Origin: Tubiluchus corallicola
Lineage: Eukaryota; Animalia; Priapulida
Length of the DNA stretch: 64,000 bases
Assembly (NCBI GenBank): GCA_030141605.1
Contig: JAQGDQ010000013.1
Span: 1,006,447 to 1,070,446, forward strand
Direction of reading: 5' to 3'
Part shown: one piece after another, positions 50,601 through 61,417 of the stretch
Numbering within the stretch: position 1 is the first letter of the stretch
Layout: every line of letters starts with the position of its first letter
Position numbers and translations under genes: made by a program
The notes under the pieces: generated by a model
Database searches by the model: none
What the model was told of the DNA's origin: nothing
Seen by the model: the letters and a program-made list of their open reading frames with translations, nothing else

Positions 50601-52759
50601 AAATTTACCACTGAGCTGTCAAAGGTGTGTAGTTCGTCAAAAACTAACACATCTGAATTTAGAGGTACAGCACCTGTTTTTTGTACAATGCATTTCCAAA
50701 ATGCAGGCGCTAGTGTCCGTCTAGCTGGTGAATGGCGAAATGCATGTAACAGTGAAGAACTAGTGGCGCGAACGCGAAATTGTGGTCATAATTCTTTCAC
50801 GTAAGTCATTTTTGAAAAAAATAGTATGTTTTTTTTCAATATTTTAAGGAGTAGATTGTTTCGACCTACAGTTTAAGATTGCGTCTAGCTTTGCTTGAAA
50901 TTGTTATTAGTCTTGTAGCCTTAAAGATATCATTTTAGATACATCTATATATCAGAGGTCCTGTCATAACATACAATAGGTAACTACGAACATTTTTAAA
51001 ATTTTCGTCATTACTAGTGATTAACCATTTTACTTTATCGATTTCTATTTTCTATTTTTTGTGCACTTTGGCACATTGTAAGCCAAAATCTAGCACATGG
51101 CGACTAAACCTATTCAACGCTACACTTGTGGCGTCACCGGAGCGTGGTTCATTATCAAGGACATCATTCTAAGATGAGCCACTAAACCAGAAGAGACACT
51201 GTAGCCACGTTCTTGATGTATGTACATCTGGCTCTATGAGAAGAACCACCAGAATCAGTATCGTGAATGAAACAGTTCAGAGTGATAATCAGCTAGATGT
51301 TTTATTCACTGTGTGACACTGAAGTATTGCTATTTCACATAAAATCACTCATTAAAAACTGGAACGAGGATTGTATCACATATACAATTGCGAAATAATG
51401 TACCAAATAGTAGTTTTCTTTCAGGATCAGCTTTGACAGTACTCACGTGCGGTACAGTATGCTACAATGTAACAGTTAAAAATAAGAAAGTTCACATTTA
51501 TGACAACACATGCTATATAATCATGTCTTCATTAATAAGTAAGTATCAAGCCGTATCAAAAAATACTAAAACAATTATGAATACTTGTATTAATACGTAC
51601 CAGTCATAGTGAAAGGTATGGCCACCTGAATGTTACTGTTAAGGAAATTGAAAGAAATTATGTGACTATGAAAGCATGAATTGCATGCATTTTCTTTTAA
51701 TTACATACAAAATTGTGTCACAATTTGGTTCACCACATTAACCAACACACACTGGCAGGTCTTGCTTATTATGTAGATCGCTGAGGACTGTAGAGGGACT
51801 GGAACCTAGCTCATCATTGCGGGTAACCATCCTAGATAAAATTTCTGGCCTCTAAGTGTTCTGGCCACACTGGAATTCACAGATGTCCTCATTCAGCAAG
51901 GCAAATAACCAGAAGCATTATTGCAGTGTAAGTGTTCAAAACCAGTTGCCAGGTGGTCATCCCTACATTTAATAACTAGACTTGGTACTATCACAGTCAA
52001 GCACACACGTAATACATAATCATGTCTTCGTTAAAAAGTAATAAACAATTTTTTAAAGTTGCGATCACTTCGTACTTGGGAGCTCTCATTTTAAATGCTC
52101 ATTTTTCCGTCAATGACGTCGTTCATCAACTAAAGGGAAGCAATGCACTTTCAATTTTCATCTAAAGTACAATAAGTTTACGCAAAAAATTAGATAATTA
52201 ATTTAATCATATTTTAATCACATAAAGGTAAGCTTCAGAAATCTGAATTAGTTTAAGCAGAGTACGCTTGCAGAAAGCCAAGATGCACTTATGAACACTC
52301 AGGTACAGTAGTCGCTGCTGTTTTTGCAAAAATATTATTTCCATCTGCTTAAAAACAAAGACTAGACTTTGTACATTAAAAGCAACATCACTTATCAAGC
52401 TACTTGCTTTTATTACCTTAAAATGCAGAAAATTTTATTTCACGAAAGAAGAATCTTTTGATCTTCTGAATGAGTTAAGTGAGAAGCAAGAAAAATACCT
52501 AGCTAATCACGAACTTATTTGTCTGAAGATTCTGAAATTATGCTCAGCTCAGAAATTACTTAGTAACTGTAGACAAATTTATAGGTTGTATTGTCTGTAT
52601 GTAATAAGCAACAATAAGTACATTTCAGCATGCAACACAAATAAGAAAGTTCAAGCTCTAACAAGAAATTTGTCGATAACAGAAAAGGATACAAGGACAA
52701 GCCGCGATGCCACGTGTCTCTTCGAAAAACTCTGTACAAATCTGACAAACTCCTCGCAT
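38647..52759 (-). CDS. TRAIP: E3 ubiquitin ligase TRAIP (TRAF-interacting protein, RING plus coiled coil), ~474 aa, 11 coding exons
   Basis: Exons (minus): 52759-52693, 51625-51601, 50207-50029, 48146-47777 (acceptor uncertain), 45594-45337, 44001-43858, 42712-42688, 42324-42262, 41248-41135, 40338-40285, 38772-38647; phases consistent, 1425 nt. N-terminal RING MRGVCQICTEFFEETRGIAACPCGHTFHYDCLLTWLNNSKTCPSCR..KKLYF, long coiled coil, 'RLINESPAP', 'KTGYDGLGGTT', and a C-terminal PIP-like 'PSLNKYL', all characteristic of TRAIP/NOPO. Confidence 0.9.
39486..39972 (+). mobile_element. Kolobok-like MITE (family A)
   Basis: TTAA|AGGAAAAG...CCTTTGCT|TTAA; similar to the copies at 12.4 kb and 28.9 kb and a fragment at 52055-52290. 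Confidence 0.7.
39967..40300. repeat. Local two-copy tandem duplication (~150-185 bp) including a TRAIP splice donor
   Basis: tttgctttaagttttaagaaatattttgtat..tatcaaaagctgttaagactatctc..gactaaaaaatacatacatta occurs at ~39967-40150 and ~40152-40300. Confidence 0.8.
41662..42208 (-). mobile_element. 5S rRNA-derived SINE (SINE3 type), near full length, in a TRAIP intron
   Basis: 5S head 42207-42091, ~430-bp GC-rich body, tail ..GTCTTCCGAGACAGAAGGATGCCAACCAACC, 8-bp TSD ttgagcat (41654-61, 42209-16). Confidence 0.85.
42091..42207 (-). pseudogene. 5S rRNA-like sequence forming the SINE head (not a free-standing 5S gene)
   Basis: TACGGCCAAATCACGTTGAAAATACCGGTTCTCGTCTGATCACTGAAGTTAAGGAACATAGAGCCTGATTAGTACTTGGATGGGTGACCGCCTAGGAATACCAGGTGCTGTAGGCTT: nearly a whole 5S with box A and box C, missing the first ~3 nt and the oligo-T terminator. 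Confidence 0.88.
45990..46440 (-). mobile_element. Degenerate 3' end of a LINE ORF2 (L2/Crack-like)
   Basis: 'FIYKFHHKLLPLAF..THNHYARLAS..KLWLNIPDEFK' resembles the C-terminus of non-LTR ORF2. Confidence 0.5.
46697..47391. mobile_element. Tigger/pogo-like MITE
   Basis: Left caataagtccttgcttaacgac versus right gttatgcgaggatttactg|ta; subterminal gtttaacgacgtttcg motifs. Confidence 0.55.
48219..48740. mobile_element. hAT-like MITE
   Basis: TIRs CAGTGGCGG ... CCGCCACTG, degenerate 8-bp TSD aacagtac/tacaatac. Confidence 0.65.
48947..49487. mobile_element. Tigger/pogo (Tc1-mariner) MITE
   Basis: TA|CAGTGTTCCCT ... GAGGAAACACTG|TA with repeated acttcgcgg..ttcatttatc subterminal motifs. Confidence 0.75.
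50321..50892 (+). mobile_element. Interspersed repeat (family C), mariner-like start TA|CAGGGTG
   Basis: Homologous to 35005-35405. Confidence 0.6.
51626..52692 (-). other. U12-type (minor spliceosome) GT-AG intron in TRAIP
   Basis: Donor |GTATCCTTTT (52692-52683); branch site TTCCTTAAC (51646-51638) about 12 nt before CAG|; no polypyrimidine tract. Confidence 0.9.
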
Positions 52760-53407
52760 AATTGCCAACACCGTAACTTCTATAAGCAATGTACAGCATA
52801 CAATACAACCATTTTACATACTCAAAGGTAATTTAGACCAGAGTTACTATGGATCGATGAGCTACTGCGCTGACAAACATAACACACGAAACACCACAAA
52901 GGCTGCTAAGACAGACAGAGTGCCATAAAGTGATTTTGTTTGATTTTTCTGAAAAAAAAACTTTCATTCCAACAACAAGGTTGATTACACTTGTGTAGTT
53001 GTTCTCTACATGGCTATTCGTGCTTCACAGCATCTCTGTATATTGCACTACTGCATACTGCCTCGCTAAGTATGGCAGCAGGTGTTCCACATCGCAGTAC
53101 ACATATGCACTGCGGCATTGTGTACCATGTCATGGTGATATACGGGGCTGTGCAGGGTTGCTGCCGTTTATACGATGGCTATCAGTAAATATAATAAAAT
53201 AGAGGCTTCATACAAAAAAGAGACTACATGATAATTAAGCTTGAAAAAATTGTGAACTGAAAACAGTATTGCCAACCAGTGGGAAGTAAAAAACATTTGA
53301 TTTTGTCGTAGTCTGAAACATATTGATTGCAGTTTTTTTGAAAAGTACTCATAAAAGAATAATTTCAAAAAAGTATACTCATGATGACGATAACAAAACT
53401 TTGTTGG

Positions 53408-54008
53408 GAGTGGAGTAAGACACTAGCCAAAGTAGGACAATTGGTGTACATGGGCTGCCCAAGTAAGGCACTAGAGACAAGTCACGAATTGAGTTGTTAA
53501 CCGTGGTGGTAGCATCTGTTGTCATTGTTTATTTAACAACAATAATTGAAAACGTCAATACACATTGAATAATTTATCATACATTTGATAAAATAAAAAA
53601 AATATTCTGAGCTAATAGAACGGTCAATATTAAATTTGGCTTAGATGTTAATCTTTTGAAGTAAAATAAGCCCGCTTTTTAGCCAGTTCCAACATTTGGT
53701 TAAAGTATAACATTTTTATTTGGTCTCATTTCGCACACAGGTGATTCATTTCACTACCTCTTCATCAAATATTTGTTTCCTCTAAAGTATGTGCCCTACA
53801 TTGGCTAGTGAGCCATGTACTGTCGTTTGGTATACAAAATACTGAGCCATTCAACTCTCTGTTACAATACTGTCCGGATTATTGAAATTAATAGTCTTTG
53901 CCTTTCCTAAATGTTAAAACTTACTTTTTCGTGTTGTGAAGGTTTATCAGCAACTGTTTCATGGAACTGGTGAGAGAAATCGCTAGTGCTCTACTTCGGC
54001 TAGTGGAA
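53408..54008. mobile_element. MITE (family D), degenerate copy
   Basis: Homologous to 58514-59253 (cactagccaaagtaggaca..gtacatgggctgccc..cgaattgagt). Confidence 0.65.
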
Positions 54009-54534
54009 ATTAGCGACATTTTACTGTGTTTTGATAAATTTAATTTTACACTTATTAATGTCACCTTTTGGGGTTATAGTTACTTATTAAGTGTATATTG
54101 ATAATAATTTGCTGCAATTACGCAATAATTTTGCAGTTTGGGAGAAAATACAACAAGTTAGTAAAAATAATTAAAAATAAAATAAAGTTAGAACTTTCAA
54201 CTTTCAGCACGATGCCTTCAGCATTATATAAAACGGCAAACCTGGGACTGCGTTACATGTCGATCAAGAGCAAACATCCCATGTAGTATTGCAATTATGA
54301 CGGAGCATGAGCAATAACTCGATCTTTGAAAAGAGTTACTGCTTAACACAGAGAACCTCGTGTAAATAGGTCAATTCATTCATTAAACACTCTGCTGCAC
54401 GACTTATAAGTTGTGGTTGTCTATTCTAAAACTAATCTGAATTTCCGAAAGACCGAAATAACCACATTTTGATTTTCGTAGCGAAACAAAATTCAATAGG
54501 AGAAATCATCAGGATTACACTGAATAATTTTGCG

Positions 54535-54542
54535 TGACGTCA
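54535..54542. promoter_or_regulatory. CRE palindrome TGACGTCA in the probable TRAIP promoter region
   Basis: Perfect CRE in a CpG-richer patch between the TEFM 3' end and the TRAIP 5' end; function is inferred. Confidence 0.35.
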
Positions 54543-55247
54543 TGGATGAAGTAGCACAGATAATAATATACTGCCTACGCCGTGCTGCAATAATAATTGC
54601 CAGTTATACTGTCATTGAGACCCAATATTCGTAAGATGACCAGCCTGGAACGTTATGTATAACTAACAACCACAGTGAAAATGCTGCGTGTTATTTAATT
54701 CATATTAAAAATAACATTATCTCAATAGTGTCAAGCTACTCACTTAATACCAATTTTTCATGAATAGCTTAACTATAAATTACATAAATTTACACTTGTC
54801 AGTAAACAGCTTTCATAGCAAAAATAAACTGCAATCATAAGAAGCTTTCAGACATTTTTATATTGTCTAAGTATGTAAAAAGAAAGACTGTCTAATTTTA
54901 GTTAATTTATACACTTATCAAATTGTTACAAAAAAATTATTATACACTCTGTGTATCATGTATTATATTTGTATTATCTTTGTTACCAGAGGTCTTTTTG
55001 TATCAGTTTTACTTCCAAAGATTGTAAAATAAATATGCTTAAACTAAACAAAAGAGAAATAAATGTGGTACCAAAGAAATAATTCACATTATACAACCAA
55101 GCAGTATAATTATGTTATATATTCAAGATTATTTCCATACATTCACTTACTTATATATTATAAATCACATTTCTAAGATATCACTGACTCAACTGGTTAG
55201 CCAAGAACAACAAGAAAAAATCTAGTAGCATTAAAAGCAACTACTAT

Positions 55248-56267
55248 TTATCTGTCCTCTTTTGATGGCTTAAAAATAACAGTTTTATAAAAAGCAAGAG
55301 CATCTAGAAAACAGCCACACATCTGTTCACGCTCCACTGAGTTCATGCTTAAGTAATTATCGATTAAATGAGGCGGAACTTTAACACTTACATCACACAC
55401 TGTCTTTCCACCTAATAAATCCTTTAAAATATTTTGGCCACTAATGGCTTCATTTCCGATCAGCATGTCAAAATACGAACTAGCTGCATCTTTCTTAAGG
55501 ACAAATAATCGCTGATTTTGGACAACTTTGGTGTGTTCGCAACTGTCATTGGTTACAGGGGAGTTCAAGAATACAGCCAACATGGCTTCAACGGTTCGCA
55601 AGTTCAGTATCAGCGCAAACATATGTGGCTTCATTTGATAACGAAGCAGCTTGTTTTCCATGATGTAGATATCTGCAACTGGTAATCTTTTCACAAATTT
55701 CTGCACTGCGAGCAAAAAATTTACATGATCGTATTTAGGAGCTGTTTTTCCAAAGAGAAGTTCTTGCTTCCAATCTAAAACTCTGAAACTTCTATCTAAG
55801 TGAGCTAAAGTTATGTAGTCTTGGCGCAAGCTCATGGCAACCAAAGATTTCGCATTCTGGCATTGAGAAGCTGAAATGGGAGGGCTCGTAGCAATGGTTC
55901 GAACCTTTGCTCTCTTGCTGGTAAACTTCTGAGACAATAACGCTGAACACATGCTTTGAACTGTCTTAAAGCTAATTCTGTCAAGATTTAGCAGCTCGGC
56001 AATGCTTTCAAATTTTCTTTTTGCTCTATACTGTATAATTTTCTTTGCCTGCACTTGCGAGATTCCACCATACTCATCCAGTTCTTGTAAACTTGCACTA
56101 TTTAATGTCGTAATTATAGCACGTTTTTCTTCAGTTGAGTATAATGCTTCTGCTTCATTGACCAATGCCTCAAACTTTGTTCCTTCGTGTCCAGGGGATA
56201 AGCGCAAACAACGTTTTGAAATCACACCCGTTCTTAGAGATGCTTGAAGCAACTTCAGATACTTCAT
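55248..56267 (-). CDS. TEFM: Transcription elongation factor, mitochondrial (339 aa, intronless ORF)
   Basis: First in-frame ATG at 56267 (MKYLKLLQASLRTGVISKRCLRLS: basic, presequence-like), tandem HhH region (LNSASLQEL..GISQVQAKKIIQYRAKRKFESIAELLNLDRIS), then RuvC-like pseudonuclease part (ITLAHLD..VLDWKQ, LPVADIYIME, LRTVEAML, EREQMCGCFLDALAFY). Confidence 0.85.
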   Translation of the reverse strand: MKYLKLLQASLRTGVISKRCLRLSPGHEGTKFEALVNEAEALYSTEEKRAIITTLNSASLQELDEYGGISQVQAKKIIQYRAKRKFESIAELLNLDRISFKTVQSMCSALLSQKFTSKRAKVRTIATSPPISASQCQNAKSLVAMSLRQDYITLAHLDRSFRVLDWKQELLFGKTAPKYDHVNFLLAVQKFVKRLPVADIYIMENKLLRYQMKPHMFALILNLRTVEAMLAVFLNSPVTNDSCEHTKVVQNQRLFVLKKDAASSYFDMLIGNEAISGQNILKDLLGGKTVCDVSVKVPPHLIDNYLSMNSVEREQMCGCFLDALAFYKTVIFKPSKEDR

Positions 56268-56395
56268 TTTGCTGTATTTGTTTGACAACTCTTTCAAATT
56301 ACTTGGGTGAAGTGCACGTCTAATACTACTAATCAATTTCAAACATGTTCTTGTGTCTATTGAAAAACCTGTAGCACTCTTACACTAGCTTCATT

Positions 56396-56653
56396 TCATT
56401 CACTTGAAGAATCCAGGTCACTGTAACCGAGTTTTGACCATTCTTCTTTAGACATTAAGTTGTTCTCCATTCTGCAGTGGAAATAATCCTTTGCTTCATT
56501 TCTACAAAGATTGTTGTTGCCACCATTTTGACGCAAGCAAAACATGTATTTCAACATGAACTGTTTGCACTCTCCTTCGTGATCTAGAGGAAAACTTCCC
56601 TTATCTGGAGCCTTGGGTTTAAATGCCTTCTGACCAAATGTTGTTGCAGACAT
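56396..56653 (-). CDS. COX19: Cytochrome c oxidase assembly factor COX19 (85 aa, intronless ORF)
   Basis: MSATTFGQKAFKPKAPDKGSFPLDHEGEC-x9-C...C-x9-CRMENNLMSKEEWSKLGY: twin CX9C and the PDKGSFPLDH signature. Splice acceptor (tatttacag|) at 56679-80, 25 nt before the ATG. Confidence 0.95.
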   Translation of the reverse strand: MSATTFGQKAFKPKAPDKGSFPLDHEGECKQFMLKYMFCLRQNGGNNNLCRNEAKDYFHCRMENNLMSKEEWSKLGYSDLDSSSE

Positions 56654-57929
56654 ATTTTGCGTAATCCGCTGATACAATCTGTAAATAGATTCTTACCTTT
56701 ACACGTTTGTTAAGCAGTAAAATTCAATAACATGCCAAAATGTTAGGAAGATACAAGTACAAAAGACCATACATGTACAACACTTGGTAGAAAAGCAAAA
56801 GATTTTACATTTCATCAAAAAAGTCCATAATTGGGAGTTCAAGTATTCGTACTTAGCAAAGGATACAAGGCATTATTATTGTACTTTTTTTATTGCGGTA
56901 TCATTTTAAACTATCTGTGGCAAGAGCCAACAGTTGGAACAGATGCTGGACAAACAGTTTTTTTACATTTTAAGGGTAAAAATTAATAATTTTGCCATTT
57001 TAATTGGTCAGTCTAAAAGCCAATCAAAATAACGAGTTTAAAATCTGCATGTTACTCCTAAAATAAAGCAGAGATTGGTCGAATAACATGTTTGCACATC
57101 TACATCTACACCTAAAATACGATAATATATATATATATATACCTTGGCAAAATGAAATAAATTAAGATTTTTTCCTATTAAGTTTTATGTTACAAACCAA
57201 GCACATGTGCAAACTTTTGCACCGGGTCTTGAGCTAGATAAGTGAAAGAGCATTGATCTTTCAAAGGATACTCTTATATATAAAAATTATTCAATTAAAA
57301 TAAAAGTGATGTTTTTGTATCGGGAATGCAAATCTTTCCATTCAGTCTTTCCATCGGATACCCGGGTACCCGAGTAATTACCCGCATTATTTATTACCTG
57401 AGCCTGCCTAACAAAAATGAAAATGCAAGCATTATTGTTAATTTAAGATATCCATTGTTTAAGAATTTAAAATTTAAATGTCACTTGTGGCACTCTTCTA
57501 CAGTAGGTACCTACACTATACCTGCTACCAACAATAACTTCGGTGTTGATGTTTGATCACCTTTATCAATTGCAAGTGCATGTCAGATCAAACCACTTTT
57601 GCGGTAGGGGTGACCTACAAACAATAAACTATGATTTCTTTACCAAGAGGTTAACTATCCAAACAAAATTGTTTATTAACATTTTAACATAAAATTCAAA
57701 AAAATTATTTCAGGCCAATAACAAGATAAGAATAAACAGAGTGTTGAGTTTAATAACAGGCAAAAAGGACACTGCAAATTATTATGGTATTCCTGTAATT
57801 GCTTCACCGTACTAATAGTGCTCAAGGCAAAAACCCAAATGCCATGTATGCCAAAACACCAATTTTCATGACTTTTTGCTCTTGAGATGTCTTTACTTTA
57901 GGTTATTTGCAAATAAAACTGCATCTCTG

Positions 57930-58115
57930 CAGTCCGCCCGTGATCATTCTAAGATTAAGAAACAGCTCAAGTGCTTCACAAAAACTAATTGCAAGAGCAC
58001 TTTCCTTTCTCTTCGTGTGATGGACAAGTGGAATAGTTCGCCGGAGATTAATGATACAGCACCAAATTATAACATTTTAAAGGAGAGATTAAGGACTTCA
58101 AGATTAATAATAATA
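57930..58115 (+). mobile_element. CR1-like LINE 3' end fragment
   Basis: 'ARDHSKIKKQ..FLSLRVMDKWNSSPE..NILKERL' resembles the CR1 ORF2 C-terminal motif (RGH..FFS.RVV..WN.LP); short (TAA)n tail. Confidence 0.55.
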
Positions 58116-58513
58116 ATGATTAAGCAATGCCTTAAGAAGCCAACATTTTTCTATATTAATAAAGGTCCTACGAATAAAAATCATAAAATTTCTTCACCGC
58201 TGTTGAGTCTTAACAATCGTTACCTGGCTACCCGGCCGGGTATAAGCAAAAGGGTACCCAAGTCTGTTTTTAACCCGTGTACACACTACAAATAGACGCT
58301 AGACAGGCAGACTCACATCCATTCGTCCATTACTCATTTCGACTGTATTTTATAGGTTGACTAAATAAATGTGTGAAGCTGATTAAAGGTTGTAAAGAAC
58401 ACATACTCGTGCTTTTATTAGTTTCTCACATCATCCCTTCAACAATTAACTAAATAAAAAGCTTCGCTAAAGCATTAAGTTATCTCACTGATTCTCGCCG
58501 AATCCAATGTGTT

Positions 58514-59253
58514 GGGCGCCGAGTAATCCACTAGCCGAAGTAGGACACTTGGCGTACATGGGCTAGCCCAAATAGGACACGTCGTACATGGGCTGCCCAT
58601 GTAGGACACTAAAGAGAGGTCGCGAATTGAGTCGTTGAGCGTACTGGCACCGTTCATTGTCCTTGTTTATCTAATAATAATAATTAAACACGTCAATACA
58701 CGTTGAATAATTTATTATACATCTGATAAAATAAACGAATTTTATTCTGAGTTAGTATAATTTTGCCAATATTAATCTTCTTTGAAGTGAAATAAGCGTA
58801 CTTTTTAGGTGATTTCCACATTTGCTTAAAGTATATCATTTTTTATTTTATCTTGCTTCACAGACAGGTGATTCTTTTCACTCCCTCTTGGACAAATAAT
58901 TATTTTCTACTAAGTAAACGGGTTAGCGAGTTATGTGCCCTACGTAGTTTCTCTCTTTAACGCATTGGATACTTAGTTTAATGTTATGATGATAATTATT
59001 AATGGAGCTAATTATAGTGATGATATTGTTGTAAAAAGTAAATTGTCAAGGACCATCCATCATTATTATAAAGTTACCTTTTTTCTAAAACAAATCTAGT
59101 TTTATGTTTTATTATGTCATAGATCTCGATTCTTGACAGAAATCGCTAGTGTCCTACTTAGGCTGCCCCGTATACGACACCGCTTTTCCGCAAATTTAGC
59201 ACATGCATTTTACCGAAAGTGTCCTACTTTGGCTAGTGGATTACTCGGCGCCC
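58514..59253. mobile_element. Full-length MITE (family D) with ~37-bp TIRs
   Basis: gggcgccgagtaatccactagccgaagtaggacactt ... aagtgtcctactttggctagtggattactcggcgccc (1 mismatch). Confidence 0.85.
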
Positions 59254-59727
59254 TACACAATGCTTCCTATAGCCATGTAAGGAAATCTTTCTAGTTCGGA
59301 AAGTGATTTCTCCATCTCCATTGACACCATAGTTATAACTGTACTACAGCATTGTATACACGAACTTTTTACAGATTAGTCAAGAAACAGCTAGCACAAC
59401 AATTAAGTTTGCAACTGTAATTAAATTCAACTGTATCTTATAATCAATTGTTAGATTATACAATCTAAATGTTGCGATTAAAATAAAGTTTAAAAATGAA
59501 AAGTGTTTAACTACTATGGAAAGCTTTGATTGAAGTTTGAATAAATAAAAATTTAAAGCGATTCTTTTCTCGAAAACGGTTCTTAAATGTACATTTAGTC
59601 TTTCCTTGAGCGGGAGAAACTTGAATCCTTCATGTATTTTTATCTATTTCACAACCTTTACCCTTAGTTGACCACAGCTGGGTTTGCTCGCATTTTTATA
59701 TTGATGAATACTATCAAAAATTATCAA

Positions 59728-59773
<46 letters not shown>

Positions 59774-59775
59774 TA
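59728..59775. repeat. (TTA)n microsatellite
   Basis: Seen directly. Confidence 0.92.
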
Positions 59776-60493
59776 ACTTACATCATGTTACGCTCATGTT
59801 AATTTGTCTGACTACTTAATATTGTAACAATTATAAAATTAAAATTATAATCATTTTATTATTACCTTATTACATTATGAAGTTGATCATGAGGTTCCAA
59901 ACCCCACCACAACCAAAATTTCCAGCTATAAAAAACATAGAACAACAATTTACCAAACACCACAAAGATAACCAGAAGGACTTGTGTTAGAACTGATATA
60001 CAGAAGTGTTCAGCCTGGAGCCGAAACGGGCGAGCGTAAGATAACACTTTCTGCTCTAGAAAAAGAAAAGGTCATCAAGGGTTTGAGACCCAGCACTTGG
60101 TACCTAATATGTCTCAAGGCGATACGGCGATACGAATTAGAGAAGGCTTAACTCCCGAATCGAAGAAGAGCTGCAATTACGAGAGGACATTGAAGAAAGA
60201 TGGATCTTTATCAGACACACAATTGTACACTTGGGAAATACACCCAACAGACACATTCAACTTTATAATAACCACACATTGTAGTTCCCTTGTAATTATA
60301 TTACATTATGCAGTGTTGTAAGGAGCTATAATAGATATCTTAAAACATAATCTTTAAATGAGTTCTTAACCTTTCATTTTACATTTTCGTTTAGATCTAC
60401 AGTACAACCATATTTAAACCTTAAATTTACTTGACTGTTATTTACATAGTAGCATAACTTTGGAATTCTCAATGTGCAAGAGTTTACAATTTT

Positions 60494-61417
60494 TCACAAA
60501 AAGTTAAATTTTCGACTATCTATTCGATAATTCGCAGGCATTGTGCCACAAAAATACATTAACAATTTGACACTTTCATTTTGTCTAAAATCGAATATGT
60601 TTCTATAAGCAGTGTTCCATTTTACCCTAATGGCATTAACTTCATTGTTTGATATACCCCCAATTTCGCATCCGTATAACAAAATGGGTAGACAATATGT
60701 ATTGATCAGAGTTTTAGCTACTATGTCATTACGGTTATGGCCCATACTTGAGAGAATATTATTCACGGAACCAATGAATTTCCTTTTTAACCTTGAAACA
60801 TCAATAGCAAAACTATCACTTGTCAGAATATCGCAACCCAAATACTTTACTGTCTGTTTCCAAATCAGTTGTTTACTGCAAAAACAGATTACACCCTCTC
60901 CAGTAAAGCTTTTACCAAAATAAAGAAGCCATGTTTTGTTAGGATTAAATAAGATACTGCATTCTATATCATATTTTTCACAGATTTTAAGCATTTCACG
61001 TAAGTGCCTACATGACCCTGACAACAAGGCAATGTCATCAGCATACATGACAGTGCCTACAAAATTATCTGCCACATAACAACCGTAACCAGCTGAACGC
61101 AATTGACGTATAAGGTCGTCTGTATATACAGCATATAAAATCGGTGATAATACACCTCCTTGTCTGACACCTGTTTTTATACAAAATTGGGTACTATACT
61201 GATCTTGCCATTTGACACAGCCTGTAAGTTTACTATACCAATTCATTAATATGTTAACAAATATCTTGGGAAAACATTTTTCTTGTAGTTTTATAAACAA
61301 CCCTCCGTGCAGGACTCTATCAAAAGCTTTGGAGGCATCTAGAAATGCGACATATACATCATTATTTCTTGCGGTGAAAAAATTTACAGTTTCTTTTATG
61401 GTATTTATTAGTAGCAA
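60494..61417 (-). mobile_element. 5'-truncated non-LTR retrotransposon (LINE) reverse transcriptase ORF
   Basis: RT motifs FLDASKAFDRV, GVRQGGVLSPILY, MYADD, KYLG in an uninterrupted 307-codon frame; no endonuclease domain. Confidence 0.92.

Noticed and set aside
56268-56342. N-terminal extension of TEFM in the ORF track
   Set aside because: Starts at TTG; the first in-frame ATG is at 56267. The extra COX19 residues to 56677 likewise come from a non-ATG start.
56679-56696. GTAAGA...TACAG mini-intron upstream of COX19
   Set aside because: Only 18 nt, too short for a conventional intron; the real donor is further upstream and was not located.
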